56,261 bases of DNA, filler included, from Dirinaria sp. TL-2023a (GCA_051941275.1; 5 parts of 5 records of this genome joined end to end with filler, not necessarily neighbours in it), one strand, 5' to 3'; positions 27,101 to 38,680 are shown, counted from the first letter of the whole stretch. Program-made: numbers and translations. The notes: generated from the sequence alone by a model not told the origin.

Positions 27101-28109
27101 CTGGGCGAGAGAAGACACCATTTCATTGCGTGGGATATGCACCGTATCCAAGGCAGAACCGCGCGAGTATGAGAGATCGATGGCCGTGGCATTCTAGTCC
27201 ATGTGGCGCGGGTCGTGGGAGTGCCCCAAAACGGTAAGGCAGGTAATTCCCATACAGTACGGAGACAGAGCAAGCAAACACCGTGTGTGCCAGGCTGATC
27301 AAACCCGTCCGTTAAAATTACGGACCAGGGGGTTAGGGCGTTATGCGGATGCGGCATGGTTAGTCCGAATCCAGGTACGGCCTGCTGGACTATCAAAAAA
27401 TAATCCCCAATGGCCGTGTGGGTCGAAACGCAACACAACGCCGCTTCTGCGGCCTGCTTTCAGAAAAGTGGAAATCATGAGCTCCTAATTCGTCTCGTAT
27501 TTTACACACCCTGGTGTGTCGCTATCGCTTCGTCGTTCCAACTGGGCTCCGTGTGCCAGCCTGGACCGCCGGCATCCTGGCAACTGCTGGCCCCCGGTCC
27601 ATTGATCGAAAAAAGTTGGGCGAAGCTAGAGGATCGAAGACCCAGACACCTAGCCCACCGCCGACTGCTGGCTCCCCCAATATCAGTTTCCATGTGCCCG
27701 GCTTCTTTCCTTCTCTTCTCCAACCTTCCTTTCGTTCAACCCCAAGGTCTTCGATCACAGGCTCGCGGTCAAGTGCCGTCTCGGGATCCAAAGGCTACCT
27801 GCAGCCTCAAGCGATCTGTTGGTCCCCTTCTTCATCGTAAGTGTTCTTCCTCTCCTGGTGTGAGATGTCGTGAGGAACCTGGCTGACTTGGTGTCGACAT
27901 TTGTTCAGGCCAGATCACCGACCTTCATACATGAATTCCTTGTGACCATTCTTTATCCCAGTCATTCGCTTTTTGAATTGTCCCTCGCTTTGATCACTCA
28001 ACGCTCGCTTGCTGCTCGGCTTTGAGAATTCGAACCCGTCATAACCCCTCTGAGGATATAATAATACCTTTTTCGATCCCCGTAATACCCAAAAAAACCC
28101 CCACACAAG

Positions 28110-31100
28110 ATGGGCCTCAAGAATTACTTGAAGCCTGGCAAAAAGGCTGAGGCTCCGAAGCCGGCAGAACCGGCTCCCATGAGCGAGAAGCCACCCGCGT
28201 ACCAAGGTACCCCAGGGATGAGTGCGGTAGGGACACCACGGAATTTTGGCTCCTCCCGAGCATCGATCGCTCCCTCCACCCGCAGCTCGACCATGGTCGA
28301 CGAAATCAAACATGAGGTCATGGTCAACTACCTCCATCAACAGCAATGTGGCCACATGTGGGTGGCCGACGGTTCAGGAGCTCTTGAGGGTGTGCTCTTG
28401 AAGAAGTACCGTGGCGAGTATTTGGCTTGCCCACCAGACCTAGTCAATTCACAGTTTGCGGATGCTTGCCGAGCTCTCAATGTTCAGGTTAGTTGCCGAT
28501 TCTGGGCGTTGACCCGGCGTGCTAATACCGCGTTTAGGCTGCCATGACTGTCAACTCCAGGGTCATTGCAACATTCCTTGGGTGGTCAGAAGGTGCATAT
28601 GATGTTCCCTTGAAAGATGGTCTCCGAGTACAGATCTTGCCCTCCATGGAGGCACTCCCACGGGCAAGGAAACACCAGTACGCAGCGTTTCTCAACTATG
28701 AGAAAATATTGGTCGTCTGGGACGATGATGCCATGCACTTGGTGCAGCGAGCGAAAGAGATCGAGTCGCAGATGATGGACCTGGTTTGGCAGACGAATGA
28801 GCCGGTGGAGGCTGAAGAAGGAGGCGAGAAGAAGGGCCCCAATGTCACCGAGCTCGAGGTTGACGAGGAATCCGGCGAGATCCTGCCTCAGCAACGACCA
28901 ACAAACCTTCTCAACACCATCTTGGTTTCCCTCACTCTCATCCTCATCGTTGTTGTTTTGGGAGCCGGTTTCCGACAAATAGCCATTGAAGTTTCCGTTG
29001 ACTCAAGCTACCTTCGACTCGCCTTTGTCGCCCTCACCCCGGTACAGGTCTTTTTCACCTTGGTAAGTTATCTGAGATTCCGGAAGAGTGTCGAAGAGGC
29101 TGACAAGCGGACGCAGTTCTTCGGACAAGTCATTGTCGGCTGTCTCGCGCAATGCCTGGGTCCCGTCCGACAACTGCAGATGAACTCGAAATTCTACTCC
29201 GCGAAGACTTCCCCCCGGATCCGTGACCGTACTTTGCCTCACATCACTGTGCAGTGCCCTGTGTACAAGGAAGGCCTGCACTCTGTCATTGCGCCCACAG
29301 TCAAGTCGATCAAAGAGGCCATTTCGACCTATGAGCTCCAAGGCGGCTCCGCGAACATGTTCATCAACGATGACGGTCTCCAGATCATTGACGAGGATGA
29401 GCGACGGGCTCGTATCGAATTCTATGCTGACCATTCGATTGGTTGGACCGCACGTCCTAAGCACGGCAAGGATGGGTTCGTGAGGAAAGGGAAGTTCAAG
29501 AAGGTATGTCGATTCCTTATCTTTTCAGATGAATCACACGAGTGAGACACAGCGGCTCGGCCGCCGGCAACCGGGACTGCGGAGTCGATCGGAGAATAAG
29601 CAGATCTCAGGTTGTATCCCTTGTGTCGCATTCAATCGGGCTTCACAAAGTGAGGCCGCCTCGCCCGAATGGGTCGGTGGCGCTGATGATCGACGCCCCC
29701 TCTACAAATCAGATTCCACCTGCGGCCGGAAATGGCTAACACATCGTACGCTTAGGCCTCTAACATGAACTTCGGTCTCATGATCTCCTGCAAAGTTGAG
29801 GAGAAGCTCCTCCTGATTGACCGCCCCCACGATTGGACCCAGGCTGACGAAGCCCACGCTTACGAACGATGCCTTAAGGAAGTCCTCGAAGAAAGGGAGA
29901 TCGCATGGGCCGACGGTAACATCCGTGTTGGCGACTATATCCTTCTGAGTAAGTCTTCGGAAAAGAAAAGAAAGAAAGAAGAAAAAAAGATTCGCACGAT
30001 GCATTGACTGACACGGCCATAGTTGACTCCGATACTCGTATCCCAGCCGATTGCTTGCTCGATGCTTGTTCGGAAATGGAGCAGTCCCCGGATGTGGGTA
30101 TTATGCAATTCAGCTCCGGTGTCATGCAAGTCGTCCACACGTACTTCGAAAACGGTATCACCTTCTTTACGAACCTTATCTATTCCGCCATCAAGTACTG
30201 TGTCTCCAACGGTGATGTCGCTCCCTTCGTCGGCCACAACGCTATCCTCCGATGGGCTGCAATCCAACAAGTCTCCTATGAGGATGAGGATGGCTACGAA
30301 AAATTCTGGTCAGAATCCCACGTGTCCGAGGACTTCGATATGTCGCTTCGTCTGCAATGTAATGGCTTCATCATCCGCCTGGCTGGATGGGCTGGCGACG
30401 GTTTCAAGGAAGGTGTCTCACTTACTGTGTACGATGAGCTCGCCCGCTGGGAAAAGTACGCGTATGGGTGCAATGAGTTGCTCTTCCACCCCATCCGCAC
30501 TTGGCTTTGGCGAGGGCCCTTCACACCCCTCTTCCGTCGTTTCCTGTTCTCCAACATCCGCTTTACCTCCAAGATCACCATTGTCTCGTATATTGGCACA
30601 TACTACGCCATCGGCGCAGCTTGGATCATGACGACTGCCAATTACTTTGCGATCGGATGGTTCAACGGCTACCTCGACAAGTACTACATCGATTCGTGGA
30701 AGGTCTGGTTCTCTCTCGTGATTGTCTTCAACGGCCTTGGCAATGTCGCTCTGGCTGCCATGAGATACCGTAACGACGAAGGCTCCTTCTTAGGCAATCG
30801 TAAGCTCCCCGATTTGTTCCTGAATTGCCGATCAGCGACTAACGGTCTCTCACAGTGATCTTGAACTTCAAATGGACCTTGATGCTCTGCATCTTCCTCG
30901 GTGGTCTGTCCCTGCACGTCTCGGCGGCTCTGCTGTCGCACATGTTCGAAATCAACATGACTTGGGGCGCCACGGCCAAGGAAGCCGAATTCTCGAACTT
31001 CTTCATCGAAGTTCCCAAGGTCTTGAAGAAATTCAAGTTCAGCATGCTCTTCTCAGTGCTCGGCATAGCCGGCATGATCGTCCTTGCCACGGGCACTTTC

Positions 31101-31220
31101 ATCCCACCCGATTGGCAGATCAACGACTTCGTCGCCATCTTGCCCATGGCAACGGTCACCGCCAGTCATCTGCTGTTGCCGTTGGTGCTGAACCCGGCGC
31201 TCATGACTTTCTCTTGGTAA
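28110..31220 (+). CDS. Processive family-2 glycosyltransferase (polysaccharide synthase-like integral membrane protein); 6 exons
   Basis: Introns at about 28488-28537, 29063-29116, 29504-29755, 29949-30022 and 30800-30855. Motifs LPHITVQCPVYKE, INDDG, KFKK/ASNMN, DSD, APFVGHNA, HVSEDFD and ELARWEKYAYG (D,D,D,QxxRW-like). Two TM segments precede the catalytic domain and several follow it. Confidence 0.9.
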
Positions 31221-31905
31221 AGGCCTTTTCCTTGGACTTTGAGTTTGCATGCAGCACGGCGCCTGGGCTACTGTTTCCGTCCATTCGTTGACGTACCTTA
31301 TTTAATCGACTTTGACACTCGCTTGCACTTTGGCGTTCCTGGGAACAAGTACCCCCGCTTATAGAAACGACTTTATGACGGCGCTTTGGGGGGGAACATA
31401 CCATTCGTGGCTTAATCTTAGGTCGGTGGCTGGGCTGCAGATTTGCAGCCTAGGCAGGTTGATACACGCAAGACTCTTGGGGAAGAATGGGGCCTGCATC
31501 CGGCACCGATGCGAGAGGCAGGCTTTTACGCGAACAGATTCGACGTTCGGTTATCACTCCTTGGATAATTTTTGGTGGACATGTCTTACTACTATTCCAC
31601 ACCTAGATAATATATATATTCCCTCGGTACTCTCTGGCTGCTTTGCTGGTGGTGTACATAGATTACGCAAGCCTGCTATAATAGAAACCATGATCCACAT
31701 CACACGATAATCGTTATCATGATGTGCTTTCTCGATGTCGAGGATGGTCCCACACCTCCCAGGTGAGAAACCAATCAATTCCCAGCAAATCTCGTCTCCC
31801 ATGCAACATCCACCATGATAATTTCCGTGCTCTTGGTCAATTGGTCGCTGGCATGATGGATCTGAGCGATCCGGCACTACTGTAGGTACGAAGAATCGTC
31901 GGCTG

Positions 31906-32041
31906 CCTTAAGGTAAGGCACGAGTGCTACTACCTTACCTTACCTTATGCTCAGAGTGTGCTCAGGTCCTCTCCTAAGGTAAGGTAGATAGCTTAGGTAA
32001 GGTAGCTTAGCTCCGTAAGGTTCCTTGAATCCTTACCTTAC
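31906..32041. repeat. Cluster of short TAAGG/CCTTA pentamer repeats in both orientations
   Basis: ccttaaggtaagg, taccttaccttacctta, cctaaggtaaggtag, ttaggtaaggtag and ccttacctta. Confidence 0.7.
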
Positions 32042-32079
32042 TCTCTCACACCACGTCACTCTCCTTCAACCGAGGTCTA

Positions 32080-32261
32080 CTCGTATTCACCTACTTTCTT
32101 GCCTCACCTAAGGTACCTACTTTCTTGTCAGGGTTAGGGTTACACGCAATTTTTCACTTAGGGTTAATGGAAGGTATTTTGAATGGGGTGAAAAATAGCA
32201 TGTAACCCTAACCCTGACAAGAAAGTACCTTAGGTGAGGCAAGAAAGTAGGTGAATACGAG
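32080..32261. mobile_element. MITE (Tc1/mariner-pogo type) with long TIRs, TA target duplication and telomere-type repeats inside the TIRs
   Basis: TA|CTCGTATTCACCTACTTTCTTGCCTCACCTAAGGTAC(CTAC)TTTCTTGTCAGGGTTAGGGTTACA ... TGTAACCCTAACCCTGACAAGAAAGTACCTTAGGTGAGGCAAGAAAGTAGGTGAATACGAG|TA. The arms are identical over about 60 bp except for a 4-nt indel, and the element has no ORF. Confidence 0.85.
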
Positions 32262-32380
32262 TAAATTACATGGATTAAGTAAGCAAGATCCGACCTCTGC
32301 TGCGTCGCGCTCTCTGCACCTGCCATGAGCTCATGGCAATTTGTCTCCACGCAGCGTGCATCAATTGATTTCAGGGCAAC

Positions 32381-33724
32381 ATGCTATCGAGAAGTATAGC
32401 ACTCAATCGATGCGCCGCCAGACTCTCTCACTCTCCAATATCCTTCCAATCAAGATTCAGCAGACCAGCTCCGAAGCTCATACTGCAGAATACCAAAGCA
32501 ACCCGGCCACTGCAAGCATCCTCTTTTTCCACCATGTCGGCTCTCCAAGCCCACGATGATTATGCCCTTCACCAGCCTACCGCTTCCGTGGGCGGCGGAA
32601 GAGCCTTTGACCCGGAAGTCAGGGACATGGCGAGCTATGTGCATAATTACAAGATCGACTCGGATGTTGCAGTGAGTGCCATCTGCGTACTTCCTCGCCT
32701 TCGACAACGACAGCTGAGCCCGGTACCCTTGATAGTTTGAGACGTCGCGCTACGTCTTCCTCGACACTATCGGCTGTGGCCTTGCAGCCCTTCAATTCAA
32801 GCACTGTACCGCACAATTGGGACCCATTGTGGCAGGCACTATTGTGCCCAACGGGACAAGAGTACCTGGGACACCCTACGTGCTGGATCCCATCAATGGC
32901 GCCTTCAACATCGGCGCGATGATCAGATGGCTGGACTACAACGACTGCTGGTTGGCGGCGGAATGGGGACACCCCTCGGACAATCTCGGCGGCATACTCG
33001 CCGTCGCTGACTGGATCTCGCGGACGAACCGTGCCGGGGGCCAGGTTGGCAATGGGACGATTCTGACGATCAAAGACGTGCTGGAAGCGATGATCAAAGC
33101 GCACGAGATCCAGGGCTGCTTGGCGCTGGAGAACTCGTTCAACAAGGTCGGATTGGACCACGTCCTGCTCGTCAAGGTCGCCACAGCGGCCGTGGTATCG
33201 AAGATGATGGGGATGTCTGAACGGCAGACGGCAGACGCCATCACACAAGCCTTCGTCGACGGCCAAAGCCTTCGCACGTATCGACACGCGCCGAACGCCA
33301 TGTCGCGGAAATCGTGGGCCGCGGGCGACGCGTGCCAGAAGGCCGTCAACCTGGTGTTCAAAGTGCAGAGAGGCGAACATGGCCTGCCGACAGTGCTATC
33401 GGCGCCGACATGGGGGTTCTACGATGTTCTGTTCAAGGGGCGGAAATTCGCGTTCCAGCGGCCCTACGGCAGCTACGTGATGGAGAACATCCTCTTCAAA
33501 GTCTCGTATCCGGCCGAATTCCACTCCCAGACGGCGATCGAGGCCGCGAGACGCATCTACAGCGAGCTTGCGAAGCGGGGAAAGACGGCCGAGGATATCC
33601 AAGAGATCACCTGCCGCACTCACGAGGCTTGCATCCGGATCATCGACAAGCAACATAAGCCGCTGGACAATTTCGCCGATCGAGATCATTGTGTGCAGGT
33701 ATACTTCTCGTCTCCTGTCTCTCA
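32381..33724 (+). CDS. prpD: Mitochondrial 2-methylcitrate dehydratase (MmgE/PrpD family), 3' truncated by the contig end
   Basis: Arg/Ser-rich presequence; intron 32672-32735; motifs [64 protein letters not shown] and [15 protein letters not shown]. Confidence 0.95.
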
Positions 33725-33824
33725 NNNNNNNNNNNNNNNNNNNNNNNNNNNNNNNNNNNNNNNNNNNNTTAATTAATTAANNNNNNNNNNNNNNNNNNNN
33801 NNNNNNNNNNNNNNNNNNNNNNNN
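33725..33824. other. Artificial contig spacer
   Basis: N44-TTAATTAATTAA-N44. Confidence 0.99.
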
Positions 33825-34902
33825 AGGGAAAACGCATGGCGAAGTCATTATCGTTTCAAACTAGTGGTCTAGATATAATGATAAAAATCTAATAAAATTG
33901 CATGCATGATATCGTAAGTAAAACGATGATGTCTCGAGAAAAATCCGGCGGTATCGACTTGCTAAATGGATAATAGATTTGCTTGTCTCATAGACAAATC
34001 GGTGAACCTGTCTCTGAGCAGATTCGTTGTTTTGACTCCTATTACGAAACGTGCGAGATTTCTGAGTGGTGTGGCGTTGTAGGATGGTAAAACTAACAGT
34101 AGAGAAGAAACCAGAACATGAACCAGAGAGACTGGGGCTTGATGACTGTTTTGATATTAGCTGATACGGCTTTTTTTTTTTCAGTTTTTAGAGATGGAGA
34201 TGGCTAATGAACGATTGCGAATCTGGCTTTTGATTGACTCTTCGTGTATATACTGAACAGGTTACGGGAAGACTCTTTCAAATCGTTTTTTCCCCTAACT
34301 CTCTCTCTCTCTATATCTGTGGATGTGTTACTCTGGGGCATATATGAATAAGCCTGCAAACCCCCAAAAAGAGGAAGGGAAAAGAAAAAAACGAAGAAAA
34401 AAAAAAAGTTCGGATCTCGATGCAAGTAGGGGTTATATGGGGTGGGATTGATATGGGCTGAGATTCTCATACCTCAGTCCTCGATATCTGATATTATGAT
34501 ACTGACGCTCACAGGCGATAGGCTCTTCTATTGCAGGATCAGCAAACACTACTTGGGTTCTTTTTTTCCCCCATACTTAAATCATATCAAGTTAGAATTA
34601 TCACCGACTCGGACCCAACAGATGTTAAAAGAGGCTATTTATTATGAGCCGCGAAACAAGAAGAGGTACTTGCTGGAATTTTTGCTGAAACATGAGAGAA
34701 GAATAGACATCACGATACTTTCAGGTGAATCCTAAAGCGGGTAGTGCCATGGTCAGTACCTCTGAGTTATGACTGCAGATTTTTGAATCCATGTTCAAAT
34801 ATTTCCATCCTATTTACTGATCGTCCTCGCAGCCAATCTATTTCATCAGTCACTGTTATCCCGGCACCGCTCGAAGTGAGACAGTTTTCTGTCTAAACAT
34901 TA

Positions 34903-36579
34903 TTAATGCTGCGAGTCCCTACGTGCAAGATTTTTGTGCAATGTATGCTCCCTCATAAACAGACTCGCGATCGAACCTACAGCCGCAAGACCAAAGATCG
35001 TCCAGAAGACGCCCGTCAAGGCATCCATGTATGCGATTTCTGCATCAGCCATCCACCCATGGTTTGGCAGGTACTTGATCTCCTTCAAGTTATCTCGCAA
35101 CCGGCCGACGATCGACGTGGCTTCGTCTTCTCGTCCAAACTCCTCCCATAAACGCCGTCTGAGAACGTTTTGGAACACAAGGGAGCAGACTGCAATGCCG
35201 ATCGCGCTGCCTGTGCCCCGACATGCGTAAGACGCGGACGTGATGACGGCCTGATGCTTTTGTTCGACTGCTGCAATGAGCGCCGTTACTGTCACTGTGA
35301 GCTTGCCGGCATAAGCGAGGCCGGTGAAGAAGAAATAGATGATCGGCAGTATCACAGGTGTATGAAGGTCGAACCTTGTCGCCAACCCGAGTGGCAGCAG
35401 GAATAGTATTTGAACCACAATGTTCAGCAAGTAGTATCCGCCAGAAGCTCGAATGATAATGCCGCTAGCGATGCCACCGATTGCTGCTCCGACAGAGGTT
35501 GGTATCAGGAGCAATCCGGCCTCTTTTGCGGATTTCCCCTGGATTTGAAAGAAGATTGGGGCATAGAAGGTCAGTGCTAGTTGTGCCATCGAAAAGAACC
35601 AGCTTGTAAGACACGCTGCTAAGACTGTCTGATGTAGTAGTAGCTTCACAGGAATGATGGGCTCCTTTGCCGTGTTCGTCTCAACGTAAGCGAATCCAGC
35701 GATTAGGATTACTGAGATTGGCAGGCTGGCAAGCACCAAAGGATGATTCCAAGGTACTGTATTCCCACCAGAGTTCAGGCCAACGAGGAGAAGAATGATA
35801 GCGCCGACCAGTACGAAAGAGCCCAACACATCAACTCGTCTCCACTTCTCCTTGACATCTTGGACGTTCTTGACATCTGTTGTTGGCATGCGAACAAGGA
35901 GGGCCACCAAGACGCAAGACAGAAGTGTAAACGGTACCAAGATGAGAAAGGCCGCGCGCCAGCCGATGGTATCATTCAGCCAGCCCCCATAAATGCCACC
36001 AAGACCCGAGCCAACACCAAAGCAAATATTATTGAACCCCTGCCACACGCCGCGCCGACGTAATGGAACAAGATCATTTGTAATAAATAACGGTATAGCA
36101 TTGAGGCCGCCACCGCCCAGACCGGCAACAACTCTCCCAAGTATGATGACTGATTCAGAACGGCCAAGGCCGCAGATTAGGTTGCCGGCGCAGAAAAAAA
36201 CGTTACAGAATATAAGACCTGCTCGGCGCCCGTATATATCTGTCAATTTACCAGCTAAGGGTTGCAAGACGGAATTGGCAATGAAATAGGCCGAAGCCAG
36301 CCAAGCTAGTAAAGGAAGGGACTCGTAAGATGCCGAAATGGAAGCGGTCAATGTGGCGACCATGGTGCCATCCAGCGCCGCAAGTATGATTCCTAAATAC
36401 GTGCTTCCCAGTATGATGGCAAGTCGTGTAGTCGATAACTCTTCGGTTATGTTTATGGGATCTGTTTGAGTATTGGCGGCGTTCTCCGGCGAGTACGAAT
36501 TTGGCGCTCTTTCTGATGCAGCGCCATAGTTAGACTGGTCTGATTCCAGCAACGGTGCGAACGCTTGATTATGGACCAT
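34903..36579 (-). CDS. MFS transporter, 14-TMS DHA2/Vba-like (drug or vacuolar basic amino acid)
   Basis: Intronless 558-aa ORF; motifs LAALDGTMVAT, motif A GKLTDIYGRR, GRVVAGLGGGG, DLVPLRRRG and IGWRAAF; N-terminal PLL dileucine-like signal. Confidence 0.92.
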   Translation of the reverse strand: MVHNQAFAPLLESDQSNYGAASERAPNSYSPENAANTQTDPINITEELSTTRLAIILGSTYLGIILAALDGTMVATLTASISASYESLPLLAWLASAYFIANSVLQPLAGKLTDIYGRRAGLIFCNVFFCAGNLICGLGRSESVIILGRVVAGLGGGGLNAIPLFITNDLVPLRRRGVWQGFNNICFGVGSGLGGIYGGWLNDTIGWRAAFLILVPFTLLSCVLVALLVRMPTTDVKNVQDVKEKWRRVDVLGSFVLVGAIILLLVGLNSGGNTVPWNHPLVLASLPISVILIAGFAYVETNTAKEPIIPVKLLLHQTVLAACLTSWFFSMAQLALTFYAPIFFQIQGKSAKEAGLLLIPTSVGAAIGGIASGIIIRASGGYYLLNIVVQILFLLPLGLATRFDLHTPVILPIIYFFFTGLAYAGKLTVTVTALIAAVEQKHQAVITSASYACRGTGSAIGIAVCSLVFQNVLRRRLWEEFGREDEATSIVGRLRDNLKEIKYLPNHGWMADAEIAYMDALTGVFWTIFGLAAVGSIASLFMREHTLHKNLARRDSQH

Positions 36580-37161
36580 TTTTCCCTACTTCAACATCAT
36601 ATAATGGTCAAAGAGAGTGATGCTGGCGCAGAGTGCTATTATCCACTGTGTTAGATTTTTCGAAGAATGGTTTTTATGATGTAAATGGCGCACACACATT
36701 CACCTAGCGTCGAACTACCTATTGTTATCTGCATGAAACCTTATTTCTTGATATACCGATGAAGTCCTGATTTAGTGCGGTCGGCCTTCTTTTCATTGGA
36801 TTTTCAGGCTTTCACCAATGCATAAATGATTAGGTATACTCTCAAGCGTCACTGAAGAACACTAAGGTCGCTTAGAGGGGTATCATTCTCCTAACGTTCT
36901 CCATAATGTCCTTGATCGGTCTGCAGCCAGATCTGCGTTCCCGCGGGAGTTGACGCTCATCGAACCAGCTGAAGACTTTGTTGTACTGCACGTCTGATGA
37001 GCCATGCTATGGATCAAGCGCATGTCTTGCGTACCACGACCAAGATCAGGTTTTCAGAGCTAGCTTAAAAGTATAAGGTGCTTTTGTATCCAGTATTCGA
37101 AATCGATCCGTTCTGTCGGATGCAGTTTAGACAGCGTCTGAAGCCCAAAGGATTAGTGGCC

Positions 37162-37920
37162 ATGTCGACGCAGCAGCATAATGAGACTATTGGGCGTTGT
37201 ACCTGAAATGCATCAATGTCCGGGGCAGATTCTCGAAAATTAAAATACGCACCAAGCGATAACGCCTCATTTGAGGTGCAAAAGTCCTTGATCTTGTATG
37301 CGGTAGTGGGCATTACTCGCAATGAGAGATCTCTTGGGTTGCCTTGGAAGTTGTTGGCGTCGACGTTTCAAGCGGTACGATCGCAGCTGCAAATGCTAGA
37401 CTTTCATCAGACACAGTTCGATTTCTGCTTATTGACTGCTCGATACACACTCGGTCCGATAATCGTCATTTCGACGTCGTCTTTGACGGCTGGCTGCTCG
37501 ATGAGGCACTCACTGGCACAGTCATGGCCGAGATGTTCAAGAATATCAACATGAATCTAAGAGACGACCGGGGATCTCTCGAGATGTCGCTTTATCCGAG
37601 CGAAGAGCCACATAGGTTCAACGAAATCGTACTAGAGAGGAAATCGTTTTTTAAAAGTCAAGCTTTCGCAGAATCAACAGACCATGTTGACTGTAGAGTC
37701 GAAGGCTCAATTCGATGATTATCACTTGAAGCGGGGTCTATGCGAGCAAGCCGCGAAGAGTGGTGGAATGACTGAAGTTGGCCCATTCACGTGGAGATCA
37801 ATTACATTGCCCAACGATGATGGCAATCTTTTCGAGGGAAGGGAGAGCATCGAAGGATAGCTGGCAGATTACCTTTTCATACCTCATTCCAGTGTTCCCG
37901 TGCTTGTTAAACGCCAGAGC
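37162..37920 (+). pseudogene. Degenerate class I SAM-dependent methyltransferase
   Basis: Motif I region GAKVLDLVCGSGHYSQ*EISWVALEVVGVDVSSGTIAAA and later FDVVFDGWLLDEA..MFKNINMNL, interrupted by in-frame stops and frameshifts. Confidence 0.75.
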
Positions 37921-38680
37921 CAGGAACTGCGAGCAAGCTTGAAAGTGAATGTGCGTTGCAAAACCCAAGAGTGCGGCCTGATATCTTGTTACCTCGCTGT
38001 CGATCGCAATGAAATTAAAACCTCATTCTTTAGATGCGCGCACCACGCTAAAGTTGTTTCGGATTCAAGACCATGTGCCTTTATACAACATCGTACTGAT
38101 GGAGTCTGGCTTACTGGAAGAGATCTTTGAAGATGTCAGCAAGAATGATAATGATATGCCGAGAAATGAGTGCCCTGTGCTACTTGTTAGTGAGAACGCA
38201 CCTCCCCAGCATATAAATTTCTAAAAGTGCGCTGATATTTCTGATAGCCCTGGGAAAGCCCTAATAACATCCTCCGGCTTTGCGGGCCGAAACAGGGGTA
38301 CGAACCAGGATTCCCTTTCTGGTTTTTTGCACTCTTTCCGAAAAGGACGAATGATATGCAACAATAAGCCTCCAACTTCCTCCAAAATGATATCGTAAGG
38401 TCCGGAATATGCGGTACAACGAAAACGGCGTTGCTTTGTAAGGGAGCGGGAACACCGGGAAAGCGTGCGTGAGAGATCACCGGACAATCACAACATTGCG
38501 GGGCACGAAACTGATTTCTTTATCTTAATCAAGCTTCTTCCTTTCTACCATTGACTTGACTTTCGTGTCGTAGCTAGCTACTATTCAATACTGTGATATC
38601 TTCTTCTATTTTTATCATCAACGCCTTAGGCAAACAAACAAGCCAGAAGGAAATCCAAAAGCAACGGTGGTGAAAAAATT

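Noticed and set aside
29683..29733. CTGATGA..GAAA in the GT2 intron as a hammerhead ribozyme (CTGATGA also near 36994 and 53806)
   Set aside because: No valid stem II closes onto GAAA at any of these sites.
32128..32216. TTAGGG repeats as a telomere or a chromosome-fusion scar
   Set aside because: There are only about 2 units per arm, embedded in TA-flanked TIRs, so a MITE explains them better.
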